Source of the DNA: an uncultured virus (IMG/VR IMGVR_UViG_3300035162_000505)
Lineage: Duplodnaviria; Heunggongvirae; Uroviricota; Caudoviricetes
DNA length: 64,000 nt
Virus record (IMG/VR): IMGVR_UViG_3300035162_000505
Direction: 5' to 3' (one strand)
Shown: positions 28,435 through 36,174 of the stretch, in pieces
Layout: each line of letters starts with the position of its first letter
How positions within the stretch are numbered: position 1 is the first letter of the stretch
Made by a program: the position numbers and the translations under genes
The notes under the pieces: generated by a model
Told to the model about the DNA's origin: nothing
Database searches by the model: none
The model's input: only the letters and a program-made list of their open reading frames with translations

Positions 28435-30504
28435 CTATGATATTCTTACGTATAGTGTATAAGTTTCGTTTGTTGCGTTAGCGGATTGTATAGTTTCACC
28501 CTCAAAGTTTCCTTGAAAGTTTCCAAGGTAGTCTACTATATATGAAGTATCGAAAGTTTTATCATATATATTCTCATAATTACCTTCGTATGCTTTAGCG
28601 TAAGCGGTATCAAAGCCTCCTTCATATGATGTGGTATACACGCCCGTAAACACTCTGTCATATGCAGTAGTATAAACAGCACCATCATAGTCGCTTAAAT
28701 AACCAGTAGTATATGATGTAGTATAAAGCTGACTAAACTCGTTTTGATAGTCACCTACATAGTTTGTTATATATCCACCAACAAACTCTCTTTGATAATT
28801 ACCTACATAGTTTGTTATATATCCACCAGCAAATTCGTTTGCATAATTACCTACATAGTTTGTTATATATCCACCAACAAACTCTCTTTGATAAGTACTT
28901 GAAAAATTTCTGAGGTAGTTCGTTGCAAAATTTCCTGTGTAATATGACTGAAAGTTTCCTATATACTGCCTACCATAAATCGGGCCACTGCTATAAGCTG
29001 TACCAGTGTATTGGTTAGTGATGACATTAATATAGTCCCCCCAAGCCGGATCGTTTGGTTGAACATCCCGTCTGTAACTCCCCGCCCCAACGTTGCGTTG
29101 ATACCCTGTGTTACGAGCTGATCCACTATAATAGGTAACCACCCTGTTGTAATACGATGCAGTTCCACCTTCATAGTATCCCGGACCAAGATAACCAATA
29201 GGACTGAGGCTGTTATAAGTCCCTCCACCAAACGTCCGATAGGCATTAAAGATTCCTTGAAAACCGTAATTTGGGTTTGTGATATAGTAGGCTATGAATG
29301 TCGATGAAAAATCTCTGGTATAGTTGACCGCTGAGGTTCTTGTAAAGTTGTTTACAAAGTTTCTATTGTAAGTAACATCAGTGTTTCTTGTAAAGTTATT
29401 TGCAAAGTTTCTGGTATAAGTAACATCAGTGTTTCTTGTAAAGTTGTTTGCAAAATTTCTATTGTAAGTAACATCAGTGTTTCTTAAAAAGTTGTTCGTA
29501 TATGCGGTGGTATATGCTGTGTCGTAATTTTGATTAAAGATTCCACTAAAAGTAGAAGTATATCCCTGATTAAATCCACCAGTATAATCTATAGAATACC
29601 CTTGATCAAATACTCTGGTGTAAGTAGATGTGTAATTCACATTACTTATACTTGTAAAGTTTGTGGCATACCCTACTGTTGCTGATGCAGTATAAGTAGT
29701 TGAAAAGTTTACAGTGCTATCTCTAGTAAATGCTTGATTAGCAGTAGTATTCTTGGTGTCAGTCGCAGTACCTTTGGCAACCCACGTTCCAGTATCAGTA
29801 GGAGCACCCTGTGAAGAGTTCCTAAGTTGATACGAACCTATCTTAGATGCCGCTATACGTGTCTTCGCTCTTTGTCCAAATGAGAACTTAATCTCAGCAT
29901 CAGACATTTCCTGAATACCAGCAAAAGATGATTCGTCCTTTAGGCGCATAGGTTTAACAGCCGTTGGTGCAGTTCCACCAGTTCTTTTCCATAACTTATG
30001 TGCTATAGAAGCCCCATCAGTTCTAGTATCTATAAATGCCGTTTGCTGTTCTGTCCAATCACTACTTGGTGCTGAAGCGGCTAGTCGGTATGATCCGGGG
30101 TATTCGTTGGTAAATATTTTAGTTAAGTATCTATCAACAGCCGCATTCAGATCTACGTCTGGCATCATCTTAAAGCCAGTTTCTGATGCTGAGTCCACCC
30201 ACATAATAGGTCTAAACACATTGGCATCAGTTTCTGCCGCCGTACCGTTTGTCTGATAGATTACAGTATTAGTTGTACCTGTGGTAATACTTGTAGAGGG
30301 ATGTGTTCCTACAGCCTGATTAAAAAATGTATTAGAATATGTTCCTACAGTATCACCAGTTGTGGCTCTGTTTAAAGATCCTACTTCCGCTGAATCAGCG
30401 GTGCTCAAGTGTAGTCCTACTTGATACGCAATATAGTTTTCTTCAGTAGTCGTTAACTCTTGAATATTACCATTAGCATCTTTTAACTTAAGAGGTGTTG
30501 CCAT
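28435..30504 (-). CDS. Virion fibre/adhesin with aromatic 4-residue periodicity
   Basis: Globular N-terminal part, then Y/F-x-x-x periodic arms with two sets of 16-aa repeats flanking a Gly/Tyr-rich centre. Confidence 0.75.
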   Translation of the reverse strand: MATPLKLKDANGNIQELTTTEENYIAYQVGLHLSTADSAEVGSLNRATTGDTVGTYSNTFFNQAVGTHPSTSITTGTTNTVIYQTNGTAAETDANVFRPIMWVDSASETGFKMMPDVDLNAAVDRYLTKIFTNEYPGSYRLAASAPSSDWTEQQTAFIDTRTDGASIAHKLWKRTGGTAPTAVKPMRLKDESSFAGIQEMSDAEIKFSFGQRAKTRIAASKIGSYQLRNSSQGAPTDTGTWVAKGTATDTKNTTANQAFTRDSTVNFSTTYTASATVGYATNFTSISNVNYTSTYTRVFDQGYSIDYTGGFNQGYTSTFSGIFNQNYDTAYTTAYTNNFLRNTDVTYNRNFANNFTRNTDVTYTRNFANNFTRNTDVTYNRNFVNNFTRTSAVNYTRDFSSTFIAYYITNPNYGFQGIFNAYRTFGGGTYNSLSPIGYLGPGYYEGGTASYYNRVVTYYSGSARNTGYQRNVGAGSYRRDVQPNDPAWGDYINVITNQYTGTAYSSGPIYGRQYIGNFQSYYTGNFATNYLRNFSSTYQREFVGGYITNYVGNYANEFAGGYITNYVGNYQREFVGGYITNYVGDYQNEFSQLYTTSYTTGYLSDYDGAVYTTAYDRVFTGVYTTSYEGGFDTAYAKAYEGNYENIYDKTFDTSYIVDYLGNFQGNFEGETIQSANATNETYTLYVRIS
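28745..28895. repeat. 3 x 48-bp tandem repeat (YQREFVGGYITNYVGN)
   Basis: ACCTACATAGTTTGTTATATATCCACCA at 28753, 28801 and 28849. Confidence 0.92.
29335..29490. repeat. 3 x 48-bp tandem repeat (RNTDVTYxRNFANNFT)
   Basis: TAAGTAACATCAGTGTTTCTT at 29369, 29417 and 29465. Confidence 0.92.
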
Positions 30505-30509
30505 AGTTT

Positions 30510-30538
30510 ATTATACCTATACATTACTAATCTGTCAA
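30510..30538 (-). promoter_or_regulatory. Consensus sigma70 promoter
   Basis: TTGACA (30538-30533), 17 nt, TATAAT (30515-30510); ATG follows 5 nt later. Confidence 0.8.
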
Positions 30539-30541
30539 GGG

Positions 30542-30549
30542 TATTTATA
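30542..30549 (-). promoter_or_regulatory. T4 late promoter
   Basis: TATAAATA immediately upstream of the sigma70 -35 box. Confidence 0.78.
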
Positions 30550-30561
30550 CAAGTTTTTTAA

Positions 30562-33462
30562 TTACTCTAAAGCGGCAATTCTTGCTTCAAGATCATTAAG
30601 TCTCTGCATAGTTGCGGCAAGCATGAAAGCTTCAAGATCATCATAAGAAACAGACAACATATCTCCATCATCATCTGGAGTTCCTTTTATCATATTATAA
30701 TCCTGCCAATCAAGACCTTCAGCGGTAAATGCGGCAATAACCTCTTGAGCGATTAAACCTATCCGTAGCTTACCAGTTTCCGCTGGCATTGCCTGTCTCT
30801 TTTCTGTTATCGTATAAGGTGCACCGTCTGAATCAATACCTCTTACTTCATCTATCGCTGTTACAGCATCTTTGAAATCATCTTTCATACGATACTTTTT
30901 AACTCTTAGTCTATTAGCAACTCTAAGTTCAGCGGTATTCAATACGCCTATATCTTGTTTTAATCTTTCATCTGATCCGCTACTCAAGGTGTAATAATAT
31001 ATTGTCGCAAATCTCCAATTTGAGTGTCCTAAATTAGTATTATTATTACGCCCCGGAATTATATCTAATGGAGATGATGTGGTATTATCAGATCCAAAAA
31101 TCCACCTTCTCGCAAGAGTACCAGCAGCAGCATATCCAAGCGACAGACTATAACTAGCCGCCGCCGCCGTAGACGAATAACCACCCAATGCTACTGAGCT
31201 TGCGCCAAGCGCCCTTGCTTGGCGTCCAACCGCAGTTGCGCCTGTGTAAAAACTAGCGGCATCACCAGCCTGTGCGTAACCTCCAACTGCCGTACCATTC
31301 TCTCTTGATGACGCACCTGTTCCTATAGCTATTGCGTGATTTTGATATGAGTAGGCACTTTGGCCTATGGCGATTGAGTTCTGACCGTTCCCACTTTCTC
31401 CTCCCACCGTTCCATTGTCAGAATAATTTCTCGCAGTTCTACCTATCGCTATGCACGAAGCGGCGGCTTGGGTGTATGGGCCTATCGCTACTGATCCAGA
31501 GTTTATTCCACTTGTGTTCCAGCCTTTTGCATCTTGCCCAATGGTAACCGACTCAGGGTTTGTGGTAATGGCGTTCTTTCCTATCGCAATGTTTCCAGTG
31601 TTGGTGGCTGATGCGCCACCACCTATTGCTATGGTATCATTAGCACTAGCTACTGGAGCAGTCGTAACTGTATTCAATCTCATCTTTGCAGTATCAACGT
31701 TAAATGAAGTTGTATTAGAGCCTACGCCTGTGGCTAATGGTGCCGCTGAAAGAGTACCTGTTGCAGTAGTATAACCAGCCCCATTAGTAAGCTGATTGTT
31801 GTTAGTAATGTTGTTGGCATTTGTGGCTCCCGTATAACCCAAGTTAGCCAGTGTTATATTACGTGTAGAAACTGTCGCATTAGCATCTGTAACGTGACCA
31901 AGGGTGTCTGTTGTGACATTGAAGTCCAAGTCAGAGATAACAGTAGCACCTGAGAGAGCACCAGTATCAACACTCATGTCATCTCCGGGGTGAGATGGGT
32001 GAGTATATACAGTATCAGTATTTACAACTGATTCAGATGCTGTAGAAAGGCCAGTGACGTGACCATAGGTATCAAGTGTAATATCTTGGATGTATGTTCT
32101 ACCACTATTATTGGAAGATGCTTGTGAAGAAGTATCTGTGTGACTAAGAACTTCATTACTAATACTTAATCCATTACCAACTTTTACACCACCTTTAGTG
32201 CCAGCCGCCGCTGTAGGCAACGTGTAGGCATTAGCACTATTCGCAATACCATTTAGTTTACTTTGTAGCGCAGTAGTAAATGCTTCTGTATTTGCATTAC
32301 TCTCGTATGCAGTTTTAATCTGAGAGGCTGTCTGATCTGCCGTTGCCCCTGTTTCTATCCCTGCTAGTTTTGATCCTAGTGAGGATACGTCATATCCATC
32401 TACTGTTCTACCACCAGCCATAGTTATGTTAGCAGATAGTGTGAGTCCAGCCCCACTAATATTGGTAGCAAAGGTTGATCCACTATCATTTATTCTGAGA
32501 CGTTCTACACCAGCGGTGAAGAAGGTTAAGGTATCACTATCATTACCCGCTGATCTCTCAGCAAGAACTTTAGTATCACCATCAACATCAATAAGTCCAC
32601 CTAGACCTGACCAAGCAGATCCACTATAGCCTTCGAATGAAGCATTAGTAGTATTGTAACGTATCTGACCCTGTTCAGATGAAGGTCTTTGTGCTGTCGT
32701 ACCCGCTGGTATTCTAGTAGCGCCAGTACCACTTTGCATTAGGTTTGAGAATATCGCACTATCGTTCTGCCTAGCAACTCGTTTTAAATCAGATGAAGAA
32801 CCACCATCAGTCTGGTTAGTTCCTATCTCCCAAAAGTCTCCTAGTTCATTCCATTGTATAACAGCACTATCCAAAGATGGTCTGTCAACTGCTAGGCCAG
32901 CCCTGTTAGTATTAGTAACTGTGGCACCATCGTTTGTGACAACAAAAGAAGCCGCATTTCTAGTAGCACCCGCTGTGGTAAAAGCCCCACTTACTGTAAA
33001 GTTTGTGGCTGTAATACTTCCAGTAACATCAAGTTGACCTACAACATTAGTAGAGTCTAGATTTGCTATACCGTGTACAGTAAGATCACTATCTAAAGTA
33101 AGATTACTTGCTGATAAAGAAGTTATTCCCCCATCAATCTGAAGTTTACCACGAATAATATTGGTTGCTGAACTATCGCTTAGTGTCATCCTTGGCGATA
33201 GTAACTGTGTAGTATTGATTGAGTCTAGGCGTCCATCTATTTCGCCTATTGCAGTCGAAACTGTGCTTGCAGTAGTACCCATGGCACCCGCTGTGATGGT
33301 TCCTAACTCAGCATCAAGTTCTTTTATAGCCCCAGTGACTTCTTTAGAAGTTGTAGTTAAAGTTGAAACATCACCAACTGAGTCAACAAGGGAGTTAAAC
33401 CTATTACGTTGAGTATTGAATGTGTCCGTTAACTGGACTGTGGGTATCTTTGAATTAGCCAT
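30562..33462 (-). CDS. Tail fibre with YadA-head-like repeats and a C-terminal S74 intramolecular chaperone
   Basis: TDTFNTQR N-terminus; IPAGTTAQRP...IRYNTT...FEGY module; repeated (I/V)AIG..A; SDERLKQDI...GLIAQEV...SYDDL...LEARIAALE. Confidence 0.85.
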   Translation of the reverse strand: MANSKIPTVQLTDTFNTQRNRFNSLVDSVGDVSTLTTTSKEVTGAIKELDAELGTITAGAMGTTASTVSTAIGEIDGRLDSINTTQLLSPRMTLSDSSATNIIRGKLQIDGGITSLSASNLTLDSDLTVHGIANLDSTNVVGQLDVTGSITATNFTVSGAFTTAGATRNAASFVVTNDGATVTNTNRAGLAVDRPSLDSAVIQWNELGDFWEIGTNQTDGGSSSDLKRVARQNDSAIFSNLMQSGTGATRIPAGTTAQRPSSEQGQIRYNTTNASFEGYSGSAWSGLGGLIDVDGDTKVLAERSAGNDSDTLTFFTAGVERLRINDSGSTFATNISGAGLTLSANITMAGGRTVDGYDVSSLGSKLAGIETGATADQTASQIKTAYESNANTEAFTTALQSKLNGIANSANAYTLPTAAAGTKGGVKVGNGLSISNEVLSHTDTSSQASSNNSGRTYIQDITLDTYGHVTGLSTASESVVNTDTVYTHPSHPGDDMSVDTGALSGATVISDLDFNVTTDTLGHVTDANATVSTRNITLANLGYTGATNANNITNNNQLTNGAGYTTATGTLSAAPLATGVGSNTTSFNVDTAKMRLNTVTTAPVASANDTIAIGGGASATNTGNIAIGKNAITTNPESVTIGQDAKGWNTSGINSGSVAIGPYTQAAASCIAIGRTARNYSDNGTVGGESGNGQNSIAIGQSAYSYQNHAIAIGTGASSRENGTAVGGYAQAGDAASFYTGATAVGRQARALGASSVALGGYSSTAAAASYSLSLGYAAAGTLARRWIFGSDNTTSSPLDIIPGRNNNTNLGHSNWRFATIYYYTLSSGSDERLKQDIGVLNTAELRVANRLRVKKYRMKDDFKDAVTAIDEVRGIDSDGAPYTITEKRQAMPAETGKLRIGLIAQEVIAAFTAEGLDWQDYNMIKGTPDDDGDMLSVSYDDLEAFMLAATMQRLNDLEARIAALE

Positions 33463-33670
33463 TTGTACCGTTCTCTAATAGTTTTTGTAACATCATTTTT
33501 ATATCACCTACATCAGATTTTAGTTGATCTATTTCAGCACGTTCTTGCTTCTTAGCCTCTTCAACTATTCTCTTGTGTCTACTTTTACTCTTATTTATAT
33601 TCAAAATCATATTAGTATTGGGATCTCTGACTAAATCAGGATAATCTTTCACAGGTATATAATCAGTCAT
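33455..33670 (-). CDS. Small conserved protein (71 aa)
   Basis: VKDYPDLVRDPNT..ILN followed by a coiled coil; typical after VrlC-like genes in marine T4-like phages. Confidence 0.75.
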   Translation of the reverse strand: MTDYIPVKDYPDLVRDPNTNMILNINKSKSRHKRIVEEAKKQERAEIDQLKSDVGDIKMMLQKLLENGTNG

Positions 33671-35340
33671 TATGATGTTGCTATTGTTCTCAAGTTTGCG
33701 AAACGTGGAATTCTTGTGGATTTCTCAGCGTTCATTGTTATTTTTATTTGGTATTCATCGAAAGCCGCAAGATCAAATACATTGAACTCATACTCTGAGA
33801 ACAGACTTAGGTTATCAGAAGGTGGAATATCAATGTAGTTATTACCCTTAGTTGTCCTACTATCTTTAGAAAATAATGTCCAATCTTTCTCAGAAAGTTT
33901 TGCACCAGTAGAGTTTAAACTAGTTCTAAACCAAACATCAAAGTCTGCCCCGATAGGTCTTACCGCATCAACAAGTGCTACAATAGATGTTGAAGAGTTT
34001 GAAAGAACATAAGGCGTGGTTATGTGTTTACTTGCGTTTGTTCCACCAACAGCATTTGTTTCAGCCGTATATGCAACAGTAGAGATCTTGTTTCTATTAG
34101 TAAGAGTTCCAGTGCTATCTTGTTGATGGTCAATAAAGAAAGAAACCGTTTCAAGAGAGGCAGTGTTGATATTAAAATATGGTGCTACGTTTGCGTTACT
34201 TGTATTCATGTTAACTGTAATGTCAGTAGATGCCGCACCACTTAGCTTCAAGGCTTCTTGCTTTTTAGCGGCAATAACTGAAGGTGTGCTAAGTAGTTGG
34301 GGTCTGTCTAGATTAAGAGTTACATTAGTTACAGCGTTATATCCAGTGGCAGTATCTTGCCAAGCACCTAATGAAGTGAAGTTTCCTGAGGCTGTAACAT
34401 TCGTACTTGGTGGAGCCATGAATGGGAGTTTCAACATCATCTCATCTATCTCATGCTGTTCTGTAGCATATAGTCCTGTGCCGCCAGCCCTTATTGATGC
34501 TGTCGCACTTGCTGAATCCATCTTGAATGTATATCCAAAAGGATCAGCCTTAGTGATAGTTCTTTGACCAAGAATACTACTACCCTTTACACCATTTACT
34601 GTTCCCGCTGAATCAAAACCACTAGCATCCGTAGATAGAGTAACCACATCACCAACTCTAAATCCATGTGCGGGGTGTAAGACAGAAAGATCTGAATCAC
34701 CAGCGGTGAACCTTAAAGGATCAAAAACATAATCGCCTAGTTGATTTTGTATCAAACTCTCTGTAAGTTTTTTCACAGGTGGGATATTAGTTTTGAGTTT
34801 AGCAGTTGCCGCAAGTGAAGTATCAAACTGTGCTTTATATACTTTGAAGGTCAGGTCTTTATTATTATCACCTTCCCAAGTAGTGCCATTAGATGACGCA
34901 TACAGTGCTCCGTTAGAAGTATTGACTGTAGAGTTATACCTTGCCGTAGTAGTCCCGAAGTTAAAATCTCCATTCTTTGCAAAGTAAGTTTTGTATGTAT
35001 CACCTGATGCAGAAGAATAAATGCACACTGATAATAATGTATTACTAGGAACGTATATAGGAGACGTGAACTCAAACTTATATTCTGTTGCGGCAGAAAA
35101 TGTTGTAGCCGCTTTAGCACCAACAGCCGCCGCCGTTGCTACTACTCTACTTCCGGGGACGTATCGTTTTCCAGAAGGTTGTCCACCCTCAGTAGTTGGC
35201 CTAAGTTCCAAAGTGATTGGTAAAGTAGGATCTGCCGAATAGAAGAAAATACCAATGCCTGTTAGAACACTAGCCTCATCAACCACAAAGGTTTGTGCCG
35301 TAGGACTTTTCTGTTCTGTTAGTTGTAAAATACCAGTCAT
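33670..35340 (-). CDS. VrlC/DUF4815-like virion protein, C-terminal part
   Basis: PTAQTF.V...IFF...PITLELR, GALYASSNGTTW...DLTFKVYKAQF, EYEF...FDEYQIKI, LRTIAT. Confidence 0.75.
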   Translation of the reverse strand: MTGILQLTEQKSPTAQTFVVDEASVLTGIGIFFYSADPTLPITLELRPTTEGGQPSGKRYVPGSRVVATAAAVGAKAATTFSAATEYKFEFTSPIYVPSNTLLSVCIYSSASGDTYKTYFAKNGDFNFGTTTARYNSTVNTSNGALYASSNGTTWEGDNNKDLTFKVYKAQFDTSLAATAKLKTNIPPVKKLTESLIQNQLGDYVFDPLRFTAGDSDLSVLHPAHGFRVGDVVTLSTDASGFDSAGTVNGVKGSSILGQRTITKADPFGYTFKMDSASATASIRAGGTGLYATEQHEIDEMMLKLPFMAPPSTNVTASGNFTSLGAWQDTATGYNAVTNVTLNLDRPQLLSTPSVIAAKKQEALKLSGAASTDITVNMNTSNANVAPYFNINTASLETVSFFIDHQQDSTGTLTNRNKISTVAYTAETNAVGGTNASKHITTPYVLSNSSTSIVALVDAVRPIGADFDVWFRTSLNSTGAKLSEKDWTLFSKDSRTTKGNNYIDIPPSDNLSLFSEYEFNVFDLAAFDEYQIKITMNAEKSTRIPRFANLRTIATS

Positions 35341-36158
35341 TAGAAGCCACCCATTGATCTTTTGTATGTTCCAGTAGCAACAGCAAAGGTATTATTAGCA
35401 CTATGATCTGTGCCACCAGATTTTTTTACAGCATTTACATAACTTTTTTTATCATAGTAGTTATGATATACTGTTTTACCTGTGTGAGTTGTTTTATATG
35501 ATATCACAGGTGCTGTGTGATTATCGTTTCTTCCCGGATCATCATTTGCTGGTGGAGAAGGGGGATCATTATAAAACTCTTGCTCAGTATAACTATATGT
35601 TTCTGAGAATGATTTAGACTCACTAACACTATACTGATACCAATCTTCATATTGACCATTAGCAAAAAACTTAGTTGCCGCATAGGATAGTGCTTCATTT
35701 CTAGACATAACTGAAACATCAAGCGCACTAAAGTTTGTGCCATCTGTTTTAGTATTCCAGTTCAAGGCGGCATTAGATTGTAGATAGAATAATCCTTTTA
35801 ATGATCCATCAGAACCACTTATTAAAGGATTATTTGCTCCACCATTTGTTGCGCCACCAAGAGCGGTTGGAAAAGAAGTTGATGCCACATAAGCATCTCC
35901 TGTTTCTTTTATGTTAGAATCTCTTGCGGCAGAAGTGTAGTCAGTTAAACTATAAGAAGTGTTACAGTATTTGGTAATCTGTTTATCACCAAAGAAAATC
36001 CAATGAGGTGTATTGGGTCGTAATCCTTGAAATTCGAAAAACATAATCTTAGGTCTATGTACTTCAATCTCAGTATAGCCAAGTCTATCTTGCTTCACAA
36101 CATCTCTCGACTGTGTAACATTTCTAGTTCCTGTTTTATTTACTGTTCTGTATGGCAT
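35340..36158 (-). CDS. VrlC/DUF4815-like virion protein, middle part
   Basis: RPKIMFFEFQGLRPNT.HWIFF and L.SGSDGSLKGLFYL motifs. Confidence 0.65.
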   Translation of the reverse strand: MPYRTVNKTGTRNVTQSRDVVKQDRLGYTEIEVHRPKIMFFEFQGLRPNTPHWIFFGDKQITKYCNTSYSLTDYTSAARDSNIKETGDAYVASTSFPTALGGATNGGANNPLISGSDGSLKGLFYLQSNAALNWNTKTDGTNFSALDVSVMSRNEALSYAATKFFANGQYEDWYQYSVSESKSFSETYSYTEQEFYNDPPSPPANDDPGRNDNHTAPVISYKTTHTGKTVYHNYYDKKSYVNAVKKSGGTDHSANNTFAVATGTYKRSMGGF

Positions 36159-36174
36159 ATCTTTACCTTAATAT

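Noticed and set aside
28900..29330. Diversity-generating retroelement
   Set aside because: No reverse transcriptase and no template-repeat copy seen in the window; kept only as a hypothesis for the variable tip.
28745..29490. 48-bp repeats as a CRISPR array
   Set aside because: They are in-frame tandem coding repeats without unique spacers.
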